From Camelus dromedarius (lineage: Eukaryota), in contig NC_087436.1 in assembly GCF_036321535.1 (NCBI RefSeq), positions 73,782,001 through 73,846,000 on the forward strand: a stretch of 64,000 nucleotides of DNA. Direction: 5' to 3'. Both the position numbers and the translations under genes were made by a program. Below are positions 52,031-64,000 of the stretch, in pieces (positions within the stretch are counted from its first letter, which is position 1; each line of letters starts with the position of its first letter). The notes beneath the pieces were generated by a model. It had not been told where the DNA came from, ran no database searches, and worked only from the letters and a program-made list of their open reading frames with translations.

Positions 52031-52574
52031 TGTGGAGAGAATAATTTAAGCTGTGCAATGCAACTTTTATTTTTCAGTTTTCAACAAGATCAGGGCAGAA
52101 GCTAAAAGTGGAGCAGTAGATTGATTCTTCCCTGTCCCAATCTTCAACCTCTTCCTTTCTGTGAGCTTTTTTCCATTTAGTGTATTATCCTGTTCAAGCC
52201 ATTCCTAGCTTTGGACTAGTAAAAATAAGACAAAGGCAAAACAAAAAACCTTCATCATCTTCATATTCTCACCTGGTTGCTGTCTTATTTATTTCCTTTC
52301 CATTACAGCTATTTAAAAAGTAGAGGTAGCATAGTGTTTGAAAACATGGGCTCAAGCTACAAGACCAGGATTCAAGTTTCAGCTGTGCCACTTGTAGATA
52401 TATGATTTTGATTCAGCTTTTCAAATGATAAAATGAGAGAAATAATAGTTCTTTCTAGGGTTGCTTCGAGGATCAAATGACAATACATGTGAAGTGTTTA
52501 GCACTGTGCCTGGCACATAGTGCTCCATAAATGTTAGCAGCGATCATTGTTGTCATCATTATCATCATCATAGT

Positions 52575-52942
52575 TACAAGCTGAGTTGCATCCCTCATAA
52601 TTCATAGCTTGAAGCCCTAAACCCCATTGTGACAGTATTTGGAGATAGGGCCTTTAAGAAGATTAAGGTTAAATGAGGTTATAAGAATGGGGGCCCTAAT
52701 CCAGTAGGAACAGTGCCCTTAAAAGAAGACGAAGAGACACCAGAGGCATGTGGACAGAGAAAAAGGCACAGTGAAGACACGGAGAAAAGGTGGCCATATG
52801 CAAGCCAAGGATAGAGGCCTTGGGAGAAAAAAACCTATTGGCACCTTGATCTTTCCAGCGTTCAGGACTGTGAGAAAATAAATCTCTGTTGTTTAAGCCA
52901 CCCAATCTGTACTGTTTGTTATGGCAGCACTAGTAAACTACC
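52575..52942 (+). mobile_element. MaLR LTR (MLT1A/B-like)
   Basis: GTATTTGGAGATAGGGCCTTTAAG...GACTGTGAGAAAATAAATCTCTGTTGTTTAAGCCACCCA...GTTATGGCAGCACTAG. Confidence 0.8.
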
Positions 52943-53142
52943 ACTACCACCACTTTCATCATCATCCCATCCTTTCTCTCATTTTCTTCTTAACCTACTG
53001 ATGTCAGATCTTTTCTAGTATAGACCTATCATAAATTACTGGTTATCCTTACATAATCAAGTTCAAAAGACTCTTGGTTTCTTATATAGCTTGACTTCTC
53101 TGTGATCCTTGACAGTCAACTGTTTTCCCCCTTGTAAAAATC

Positions 53143-53772
53143 TTTTTTTAACGAAAGTATAGTTGACTTAACAATATTGTGTTAGTTTCAGGTGTATAGC
53201 AAAATTATTCAGTTAAATATATTTTTTCAAATTATCTTCCATTATGGATTATTACAAGGCATTGAATATTGTTCAGTGTTATACAACAGACCCTTGTTGA
53301 TTATCTGTTTTATATATAGTAGTGTGTATCTGTTAATCCCAAACTCCAATTTATCCCTCCCCCCTCCCTTTTCCCTTTGGTAACCATAAGTTTTATATGC
53401 CTGTGAGTCTATTTCTGTTTTGTAAATAGATTCATTTGTATTATTTTTTAGATCCCACATATAAGTGATATCATATAAAAGTTATCTTTCTCTGACTGAA
53501 TGACTTCACTTAGTATGATATTCTCTAGGGCATCCATGTTGCTGCAGGTGGCAATATTTCTTTTTTTTATGACAGTATTGTTCCATTGTATTATATATAC
53601 CACATCATCTTTATCCATTCAACTGTCATGGATATTTAGGTTGCTTCCATGTCTTGGCTATTGTAAATAGTGTTGCTACAAACATTGGGGTGCGTGCATC
53701 TTTTTGAATTAGAGTTTTTGTTTTTTCCAGATATATGCCCAGGAGTGGGATTGCTGAATCATATGGTAGCTC
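53143..53772 (-). mobile_element. 5'-truncated L1 3' end
   Basis: Minus ORF ELPYDSAIPLLGIY...[19 protein letters not shown] plus 3'UTR. Confidence 0.85.
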
Positions 53773-53939
53773 TAAAAAATCTTTCTTCTTGAAACTTCTG
53801 CTTAATCTCCTTCTTAATTTCCATCTTGAATTAATCTCTAGCGCCTGCATCTGCATAAATGCATCTCCAGCTGTACCTAAATACCAGTGTTTTCCGGGCA
53901 CTGTCCTCTGCATTCAGGTCTCCTACACCATTTGGGTAA

Positions 53940-54543
53940 TATGATAGGCAGAATAATGCATACCTCCCTCCCCCCACCCCTGGGTGTCCATGCTCTAATC
54001 CTTTAAACCTGTGGATATGTTACATTATATGGCAAAAGGAACCTTGCAAATAGGATTAAGGGTATGGACCTTATGATATATACATACATTAAGTGGAACC
54101 CAGTGTAATCACATGGGTACTTAAGAGTAAAAGAGGAAGACAGGTCAGTCAGAGAGATACAACAAAAGAAGAGGAAGAGGGGGACTCCAGTATGATAGAG
54201 ACTCCATCTGCTGCTGTTGGCTTTGAAGATGGAGGAAGGGGGCCACAAACCAAGGAATGTAGTTTCCTCTACAAACTGGGAATAGCTTTCAGCTGACAGC
54301 CAACAAGGAAACAGGGAATCTCAGTCCTGCATCTTCAAGGAACCAAAATCTGCCAACAACCTGAATGAGAAAAGAAATGGATTCTCCCCTAGAGACTCTA
54401 GAAAGGAATTAGCCCTGCCAACACATTGATTTTAGCCTGTGGAGACCTATGTTGAACTTCTGACCCAAGAACTCTAAGATAATACATTTGTGTTGTTTTA
54501 AGTCTATGATAATTTGCTACAGCAACAATAGAAAACTAATGTA
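53940..54543 (+). mobile_element. MaLR LTR (MLT1D/E-like)
   Basis: TGATAGGCAGAATAATG...GGCTTTGAAGATGGAGGAAGGGGGCC...GCTACAGCAACAATAGAAAACTAAT. Confidence 0.75.
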
Positions 54544-57052
54544 CTTAATGGACTCTTGAATTTGAATCGCTGTCTCAGATTTCTTTCTGAACCATAAATT
54601 CAGTTGCTTCCTGGATATGACTTCTGTGATAACCTATAGGGACCTGAAATGAAGCTTCTGCAGCTCGCTCTTATGTTGATTGATCTTGTTCCTATCCATT
54701 CAGATGCCTTAGTCAGAAATCTGGGAATTGGCTTAAACTCTTTAGTTTCTCTTACACTAATCCTTTATACATCACTGCCCCACGTAATTTGTTACCAAAC
54801 CTTTTTGATTCTAAATTTGTTACACTGATTTAGGTCAGGCTCTTGCCACTTCTGACTTGAATTTCTCTAATTTATCAACATATCTCCTTGCCTCTAGTTA
54901 AAACTTCTTGCTAAATCATAATCTTGTTCTTTGAAGAAACAGGACCTTTCTGAAATTGGATCATGTTTCTCCCCCACTTCATGGCTTTGCATAGCCATTT
55001 CAGAAAAGTCTCAACTTCTAAACATTACACATGAAACTTTTTTTATGATCTTGGCCCCTGTTTGCCTCCCCAGGCTTGAAACTCCCTACTCTTTTAACAC
55101 ATATTATGTTATCCACCTATACTGTGTATCTTGCAAGTTCTTGCACACATATGCTATGCTTTTATGCCATCACTACCTTTTGCATACATTTAAATCTGTC
55201 TGGAATGCTGTCCTCTTTCTTTTCCTGACAAGCTCCTATTTCCCCTCCAGTCTTCAACTGAATTGTCACTTCCTTTCAGCACCTCTCACATCCCATGCTG
55301 AAGTAGTTGCCTTCCTTTGTGGACCCATAGCACCTCAGGTATATTTCGGACAACAGCACTTACCTCACATACTGTAATTTTTGTTTATATGATAACCTCT
55401 CCCTATAAACTGTAAATTCTTTGAGGGCAAGGTACTTGAAATTTTTTTCTTTGTGTCTTAAGCACCTATTACAGTGTCTAATACTTAGGGGCTTAGTAAA
55501 CATTGGTTTAAAGAGTGAATGAAAAGAATGCTAAAGAATAAGGATTGTATGCCACAGAACTGGGTTTTCGCATGAATTTTTAGAGTGTCTTTCCTTGGAA
55601 ATTCTAAGGACAATATTAGCAATGTTTTGACATTAGTTTAATGGTAACCTTTTGTCAGTTTTATGTAAAAGCTGAGAAGAAAACATTTGAATTTGGTACT
55701 TGATAGGAATAGGCAGGAACTCCCTGAAAAATTACTTCAGAAGAGAAAGCTGTCACAGATGATGAGACACTTGTTAGAAGGCTACCAGACCTATTTATGT
55801 AATCATTAACTCCTCTCATTACCATAAGGGACTACCCCTTTTAGTTTTGCTTCCCCCTTTAAAAAAAAAAAAAAAAAAAGATTTCCTGTTCCAGAGGGAG
55901 TAAGCTTAAATTAAAAAGCATTAGGTTATCTTCAGTTTTCTTTTAGGTTTGAATGATGTTCCAACAGTGGTTGCTTCATGGGGGTTTCCAGCTTTGAGAA
56001 AAAAAGTTTATAACTAAACTTTTGATTACAACATTAGCCATGCCCACGGACAGAATTTTCCTCTGTTCTTCATGTTATATAGAATGCTCACCCTTTAATA
56101 GTGTTCTGTGCATTAAAAAAATGTATAGGGCTGAAAGTAAAATTATTCTTCCTTTTTTCCCTTCTTATTTAGAAATATATAACTTTGACAGAGTTTTCCA
56201 ATCAGTAAATCAGATCCTGTTTACCCTTGTTTTGTGTCCTCAATCTACAAGGTCTTATGCAATTTTGGACATCTTACAGATGATAAATGAATGAAAATAG
56301 CTTATTTTCCATCTGATTTAAAAGCTTTTTTCTTTCTAAATTATTAATTTTGTATTGTATGGAGAAAAATGCAGATGAAAATACAGCTTTTTCTTTAGCT
56401 GCTTTAAAAATTTTTTAATTAAAAGTCTTAATAAAAAATTATATGGCTGTTGCATAGATGATAATGATAAATTATATTAGCCATGATATAAGAAAGGAGA
56501 TACAAAAAGCTGTTTTCTTACTACTTGAGAAGAAACACCCTTGGATGGAATGAGGTAATGAACTAGAGAGGTGTGGAGAATAAATGAATGAAAAAATGAT
56601 GGACTGAATGCAAATTCATACTGCTGGCATCTCTTATCTATGGGCTTGGCATCATGGGAGTTGAGTTAGCCTGCTCTCTGAGGTCGTGTTTAATAGTCCT
56701 GTTCACTGCCAAGATTTTAACTGTAACCCCTTTCTTACCACATTATCCTTTGTGGCATGGTAGAGTGTGCATCAACATGATAGGGGTACAATTGTAGAAT
56801 CGAATGGCTTTCTAGAAATTTCTGTCAAAAGAGGTAGTCATTTCAAATGTCAATTCCATCTTGCAATTTTAATCATTGTCATTATTATCATAGAAAAGTT
56901 AAAAAGGTATATGAGAACTTACATGACACGGACCCTTTACCTCTCTGACCTCATCTTCTACTATGCTTTTCACCCACTCGATCTCAGCCAGCCACAATTA
57001 TCTCTGTGCTGTCCTGCTTTTCCTCAGACAGCAGGAAGACTCTGTTCTAGCT

Positions 57053-57910
57053 CAGTGTTGTCCAAAAGAAATACAAAGCAAGCCATACATATAATTTACA
57101 AATTTCTAGCAGCCACATTAAGATAAAAAGAAGCAAGTGAAATTAATTTTACTAATGTATTTTATTTAACCTACGGTATCTAAATAAGATGTCTTAACTT
57201 TTTCTACTACTGTGTGCTTGAAATCTGTATTTTACACTAACAGTACATTTTATTTGGACACTGAATTTTCATCAGAGGTACTTGATCAGTATTTAGATTT
57301 TATAAAGTTTGTAGTTGAAGCATAGAATCACATATCCAAGTTACTCTTTTTTTTTTTTTTTAATTTCAGGTTCTGTCATTTATTATGACTACATACATGG
57401 ATCCACAGTGCAGATTCAGATCCACAAGAAAAAAAAAAGTGATAGGAAAACTGAGAGCAGGCAAATCAATGCTTAAAAATAAAATCAGTGATTTGCTTAA
57501 ACGTGGACCTTTTGATTCTATAAAGGGAATTATTAGGTTTCAGGAATGATTTGCACGGTATCAGAGCACATTCACTGACTGGCTAATAAGTGCAGAACCT
57601 TTACTTTCAAAGAGTTTGCCGTCTAACTGGGTTAAGAAGGCATGGATTTTGGAAAGAATTGATAACAAAATAACTGTCAAATAAGGTCAGAAGGTTGTAG
57701 GAATAAGGACATTTCTTAGTGAAAACCAATGCTGTGAGGCTTTTTAAAAAATTATTTTTCTAAACATACTTAAATTTTTTCAAATAATTCAAATATCAGC
57801 TTTTAAATTTAAATTAAATAAATTGAAACACAATAAAAAATTCAGTTCCATAGTTACAAAGTTAAATTTCAAGTACTCAGTAGGCATAGATGTTATTGCA
57901 CAGTGCAGTT
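57053..57910. mobile_element. hAT-Charlie (MER33/Charlie1-like) element interrupted by an insertion at ~57347-57755
   Basis: CAGTGTTGTCCAAAAGAAATAC...TTTCTAGCAGCCACATT start; resumes TAAACATACTTAAA...TTCAGTTCC...ACAGTGCAG. Confidence 0.6.
57347..57750 (-). pseudogene. Probable retrotransposed mRNA 3'UTR fragment, parent unidentified
   Basis: T15 at 57347-57361 with minus-strand AATAAA at 57379-57384, 17 nt before the tail; non-repeat-like body; interrupts a DNA transposon. Confidence 0.55.
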
Positions 57911-58814
57911 CTAACTATTCTCTCTGTAAAGAATGCTTTCCTGCAGATAACCACTTGATTGACTCCCTTACTTCATTCAAGTTTTTTTCCTCAAATCTCA
58001 CCCTCTCAATGAGGCATAACAGACATTCTATTTAATACTACAACCTGCTCATAACTCCCTGCACTCTCTACTTGTAATCCACTGTACTTCACTCTTCATC
58101 TCTCTTCACTGCATAATTGGTGATTTATTATTTTCATTGTCAGTTACCTCCTTCCCTTTCCTCCCAGCTTGCTGGATGGAAACTTCCTGAAGGCAGAGAT
58201 CTTTGTTCTGTTCACTGATAAATCCCAGCACCTAATGTAGTACTTGGCCTATAACAGGTACTCCATAAACATTTAGATTAAATTTATTGAATGAGTGTAA
58301 TCATTATAAAAACTAGTTGAAATTATTAATAAATATATACTAGATTATAGATATAATTCAGAGTTAAAAAGCATCATTGACCAAATTCTTCTTAAATGTA
58401 TCTTGAATGCTTTCTCTGTACCTTGTATTGTTTTAATCTAGGAATAGTGGGGAGAAAAATGAGTACAAAAGAAACTTATAGTTTAGTTAGGAAGGCAGGA
58501 GTCACAAAAAGAGAACATGTGAAAAATGCAGCATTCTGTTGCAAACATTAGAGAATTGACTTAAAATATGGTGCCTCTGGTTGTGATGCAGATATATTCA
58601 TTTGAGAATTTCTCAATATATATTTAAGTACTTACATGTTTATCATTATCTATTTGACAAGACTTAAGGAACACAACAAATAGGAAACTTAAAAGTATTA
58701 TAAAACCTACACCTGAAAACTAGTATAGAACAATGACAAAGAGAGAATAATTTTAATTCTAAAAATTGAATTTAGCAAAGATAATCTTCTAATGAAATAT
58801 TATTGAAACAAGGA

Positions 58815-60180
58815 GACATGGACATACAAAGGAATGAATCTAGTCACAGACCTTACTTACACCCTTCACAAAAGTTAACTCAGAATGTATTACAGGCCTG
58901 CATGTAAAATGCAAAACTATAAAACTAGAAGATAACATAAGAAAAAAAGCCTAGATAGCCTTGACTATGGTAATGATTTTTTAAGTATAACACTAAAGGC
59001 ATGATCCATGAAAGAAGTAATTTTTGGACTTTATTAAAAACTTCTGCTCTGAGAAGGATAATGTTAAGAAAATAAGAAGACAAGCCACATATTTGCAAAG
59101 ACAGATCTGAAAAAGGACTGTTTTCTAAAATATACAAAGAACTCTTAAAACTCAACAATAATAAAAAACCTGATTAAAAATGGTCCAAAGACCTTAACAG
59201 ACATCTCACCAAAGAAAATATACAGATGGCAAATAAAGCATATGAAAAGATGCTCCACATCATATATCATCAGGGAAATGCACATTAACACAACTAAGAA
59301 ATATCAGTATACATCTGTTAGAACAGCCAAGTCTGGAACACTGATGACAACAAATGCTGGTGCAAAAATGTGGAGCAACAAACTCTCATTCATTGCTGGT
59401 GGGAGTGCAAAATTATACAACCAATTTGGAAGACAGTGTGGAGGTTTCTTACAAGGCTAAATATACTTTTACCATGTGGTTCATCAGTTACACTCCTTGG
59501 TATTTAGTCAAAGGAATTGAAAACTCAGGTCCACAGAAAAACCTGTGCATGGATATTTATAACAGCTTTAATAATAACTGCCAGAACTTGGAAGCAACCA
59601 AGATGTCTGTCAGAGGCGAATGGATAAGTAAACTCGGGTACATCCAGATAATGGAGTATTCAGCACTAAAAATAAATGAGCTATCAAACCATGAAAAGAC
59701 ATGGGGGAAGCTTAAATATATATTACTGAGTAAAAGAAGCCAATCTGGGAAAAAAAAGGCTATATACTGTATGATTCTAACTCTGACATTCTGGAAAAGG
59801 CAAAACTATGGAGACAGTAAAAAGATCAGTGGGCTGAGGCAAGGGAAAATGATGAATAGGTGGAGAACAGAAGTTTCTTAGGGCAGTGAAACTACTCAGT
59901 GTGATATGATGATGATGGATACGTGTCATTATACATTTGTCCAAACACACAGTGTACATACAATACTAAGAGTGAACTCTAATATCTGTTGTGGACTTTG
60001 GACAGTTGTGATGTGTTAGTGTAGGATCATCAGTTGTAACAAATGTACCACTCTGGTGGGGGATTTTGACAATGGAGGAGTCTCTGCATATGAGGGCAGG
60101 CACTATAAGGAAAATCTCTGTATCTTCTTCCCAGTTTTGCTGTGAGCCTAAAATTGCTCTCCCTCAAAAAAGTCTTTTAA
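58815..60180 (+). mobile_element. Old L1 (L1MB/MC-like) ORF2 end and 3'UTR
   Basis: Degenerate MKRCSTSYIIREMHI... and typical 3'UTR (GGAAAAGGCAAAACTATGGAGACAGTAAAAAGATCAGTGG). Confidence 0.8.
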
Positions 60181-60566
60181 AAAGTTGAATTTACACAAAT
60201 CTTTTAGAGATTAATTTATTATACAAAATTGGAAGGGAAAATTATTTTGAACCTAGAATTATATACCAGCCACACTGTTAATCATATTCATGTTTCAAAA
60301 ATGTAAGCACTAAAAACTTGAATCTTCCATGTTTCCTTTCTGAGAAAATCATTTCAGAATGTATTCCCACAAAATAAAGATAATTTTGAAGAAAGAAGCT
60401 GTATAATACAAAAAATGGAAAAAGTACCCAGGGATACATTTAGAAGATTTTCTAGTGTGGTAGCTGTTGGCTTAGAAAGCAAGTTGGTCCAGGTTAAAAC
60501 TGGGCTTCAAGAACGAGCACAAAATGGATTTCAAGCAATAAAATTGGAAATAGAAATACATTAGAG

Positions 60567-60813
60567 GGGGGTGGGTAGGGACAGACTGGGAGTTCGAGAT
60601 TTATAGATACGGACAGATGTATATATAGAATAGATAAATAAGTTTATACTGTGTATAGCACAGGGAAATATAATCAAGATCTTGTAGTAGCTCATGGTGA
60701 AAAAGAATATGAAAACAAATACATGTATATTCATGTATGACTGAAAAATCATGCTGTACACCAGAAATTGACACAACATTGTAAACTGACTATAACTCAA
60801 TAATAATAAAAAA
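60567..60813 (+). mobile_element. Short L1 3'UTR insertion
   Basis: Matches the 3'UTR of elements A/B; 15-bp TSD AGAAATAC(A/G)TTAGAG at 60552-60566 and 60814-60828. Confidence 0.85.
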
Positions 60814-61144
60814 AGAAATACGTTAGAGATATGATGGAGATGTTATTTCTTCTAACAACAACAACAAAGTCACTTAGAAACTAAGGAAAAATAAAAAATT
60901 CTGATGAACCAAATATGAAACAGACCAAAATGGTGCATGATTTCAAGTGATTAGTGGGGTATATTCCACTAGAAAGGATTTTTCATTTGATCTTAACACT
61001 AGAATGCTTTGCTTTGAGTGTGATAGTGATCATGACATTGGAACAGCACAGCAGAGATGGAAATACAACCCTAGGCGTTTCATGGCTTTATTCTAAGGAA
61101 TATTTACAAGATTGCAGTGTTATAAACAATGTTTTTGGGTTTTG

Positions 61145-64000
61145 TTTTTCTTGAAGTATAGTTGATTTATAATTAGTTTCAAGTGTACAACATAATGACT
61201 TAATATTTTTATAGATTATACTGCATTTAATGTTATTACAAAATAATAGCTATACTTCCTTGTGCTGTACAATATGTCCTTGTTGCTTTCTGTTTTATAC
61301 ACAGTAGTTTGTATCTCTTAATTTCATACTCCTATCTTGCCTCTCCCCACTGGTAACCACTAGTTTGTTCTTTGTATCTGTGAATCTGCTTCTGTTTGTT
61401 ATATACATTTGTTTTACTTTTTTATATTCCACATTTAAGTGATAACAGATTATTTCTTTCTCTATCTGGCTTATTTCACCAAGGATGATAATCTCTGGGT
61501 CTATCCACATTGTTGTAAATGGCAAATTTTCATTCTTTTTATGACTAAGTAATATTCCATTTTATATGTATACCATATTTTCTTTATCCATTCATCTGTT
61601 GATAGACACTTAGCTTGCTTTCATGTCTTGGTTATTGTGAATACTGTACCTATGAAAATTGGGGTGCATGTATCTTTTTGAATTAGTGTTTTTGTTTTTT
61701 CCCTATATATACCTAGTAGTGGCATTGCTGGGTCATATGGTAGTTCTATTTTTAGCTTTTAGAGGAGCCATCATACTGTTTTCCACAGTGGCTGCACCAA
61801 CTTAACATTCCCACCAACGGTGTACAAGGGTTCTCTTTTTTCCACATCCTTGGCCAACATTTGTTATTTGCAGACTTTTTAATGACAGCCTTTCTGACAG
61901 GTGTGAAGTGATATCTCATTGTGGTTTTGATTTGCATTTCTCTGATGATTAGCAGTGTTAAACATCTTTTCATGTGCCTATTGGCCATCAGTATGTCTTC
62001 TTTAGAGAAATGTTTGTTCAGGTCTTCCGCTCATGTTTTAATCAAGTTGTTTGTTTTTGATACTTAGTTGTATGAGCTATTTTTTATTTTGAATATTAAC
62101 CCTTATAAGTCATAGCATTTACAAATATTTTCTCCTGTTTGGTAGGTTATCTTTTCTTTTGTTGGTGGTTTTCTTTGGTGTGTAAAAACTTTTAAGTTTA
62201 ATTTAGTTCCATTTGTTTATTTTTTTTTTCTTTTGCGTTAGGAGACAGATCCAAAAAATATTGCTGTGATTTTTGTCAAAGAGTGTTTTGCCTACGTTTT
62301 CCTCTAAGAATTTTATGGTGTCTGGTCTTACATTTAGGTCTTTCATCCATTTTGAGTTTGTTTTTGTATGTGGTGTGAGGAAATGTTCTAATCTCATTGA
62401 TATCCATGGAGCTCTCCAGTTTGCCCAGTACCACTTACTGAAGAGTCTTTTATCCATTGTGTATTTTTGACTCTTTTGTTATGGATTAATTAACTAGAAG
62501 TGCATGTGTTTATTTCTGGCCTCTCTCTTCTGTTCCATTGATCTGTGTGTCTGTTTTTGTGCCAGCACCATTCTGTTTTGATTTCTGTAGCTTTGTAGTA
62601 TAGTCTGAAGTCAGGGAAGGGTGATACCACCATCTTTGTTCTTTTTTCTCCAGACTGTTTGGCAGTTGGGGTCTTCTGGGATTCCATATAGGTTTTAGGA
62701 TTTTTTTTTTTCTCGGTCTGTGAAAAATGCCATGAGTATTTTGATAGGGGTTGCATTAAATCTGTAGATTGTATGGACATTTTAATAATATTAATTTTTC
62801 CAATCCAGGAACACAGAGTATCTTTACATTTCTTTATATCGTTTTCAAATTCCTTTATCAATGTTTTATAGTTTTCAGAGTATAGATCTTTCATCTCTTT
62901 GGTTAAGTTTATTCCTAGGTATTTTATTCTCTTTGATGCAATTGTAAATGGGATTGTTTTCTGAAATTCTTTTTCTGTTAATTCATTATTAATGTATAGA
63001 AAAGCAACATATTTTTGTATATTAATCTTGTAGCCTGCAACCTACATTCATTTATTCTAAGAGCTTTTTTTGGCAGAGACTTTGGGTTTTCTATGTATTG
63101 TATCATGTCATCTGCAACTAGGGACAGTACTACTTCTTCCCTTCCAATTTGGTTGCCTTTTATTTCTTTTTTCTTATCTGATTGCTGTGGCTAGGACTTC
63201 TAATACTATATTAAACAGAAGTGGCAAGAGTAGGTACCTTGTCTTCTTCATGATTTTAGAGGCAAGGCTTTCAACTTTTCACCATTGAGTGTGATGTTAG
63301 CTGTGGGTTGCTATAAATGGCCTTCAATATGTTGAGATATGTTCCTTTCTATACCAACTTTGATGAGGGTTTTTAGCATGAGGGGGTGTTGAATTTTGTC
63401 AAATGCTTTTTTCTGTGTCTGTTGAGATGATAGTGTGATTTTTATCTTTTTGGTTAATGTGGTGTATCTCATTGATTGATTTCCAAATATTGAACCATCC
63501 TTGCATCTTTGGGAAAATACCCTAGTTGAGAATGGTGTATGATCCTTTATATATATTGTTGGATTTTGCTTCCTAACATTTTGTTGAGGATTTTTACATC
63601 TATATTCATCAGAGATATTGGCATATAATTTTCCTTTTTTGTAATGTCTTTGGTTTTCGTATCAGGGTGATAGTGCTTCCCTCCTCTTCAATCTTTTGTA
63701 ATAGTTTGAGAAGGATAGGTATAAGTTTTTTATGTTTGATAGAGTTCCCCAGTGAGGCTGTCCTTTCCTGAGAGTTTTTTAATTACAGATTCTATTTCAT
63801 TTCTAATGATTGGTCTGTTCAAATTATCTGTTTCTTCTTGACTCAATTTGGCAGGCTTTTTATTGCTAGAAACTTGTCCATTTCTTCTAGGTTTTACAAT
63901 TTGTTGGCATATACCTGTTCATAGTATTCTTATGATTTTTTTCTATTTCTGCAGTATTAGTTGTTATTTTTCCCCTTCTATTTCTTATATGTTTATTGGG
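61145..64000 (-). mobile_element. Degraded LINE-1 (3'UTR through ORF2 RT), runs off window end
   Basis: Minus ORF pieces [10 protein letters not shown]...[15 protein letters not shown] and [15 protein letters not shown]...; multiple stops. Confidence 0.9.

Larger units (their letters stand above)
1..64000 (+). other. Probable intronic/5' region of ART3 (host gene of CXCL10/CXCL11 in other mammals); no ART3 exon recognised
   Basis: Inference from synteny only: human CXCL10 and CXCL11 lie antisense within a 5' intron of ART3. No ART3 coding sequence was seen here. Confidence 0.35.

Overview
Mammalian genomic DNA, almost certainly camelid (it carries a Vic-1-type tRNA-Ala-derived SINE). The window holds two intact four-exon interferon-inducible chemokine genes on the minus strand. 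CXCL10 (CDS join 7743-7683, 7157-7031, 6801-6712, 6249-6213) encodes 104 aa. CXCL11 (join 25032-24972, 24394-24268, 24164-24092, 23855-23814) encodes 100 aa. Both promoters show recognisable ISRE and NF-kB sites, and an ISRE/GAS/kB cluster lies between the genes. By synteny the window probably lies in a 5' intron of ART3, but no ART3 exon was recognised. Much of the rest is repeats. A full-length L1 with an open 1265-aa ORF2 is nested inside ORF1 of an older, internally deleted L1. There are also a 5'-inverted L1, truncated L1s, ancient L2/MIR/MaLR/Tigger/Charlie elements and two retrocopies. Three observations stand out. (i) A TSD-flanked chimeric retrocopy joins the first 65 codons of PIGU to an antisense ATP5PD pseudogene, apparently a fossil of a truncated PIGU splice isoform. 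(ii) The CXCL10 N-terminus has lost both the signal-peptide -1 Gly and the DPP4 Xaa-Pro site. (iii) The open L1 ORF2 carries probable catalytic lesions. No wholly new biological system is evident. All family assignments are from recall, not database searches, and boundaries of old repeats are approximate.
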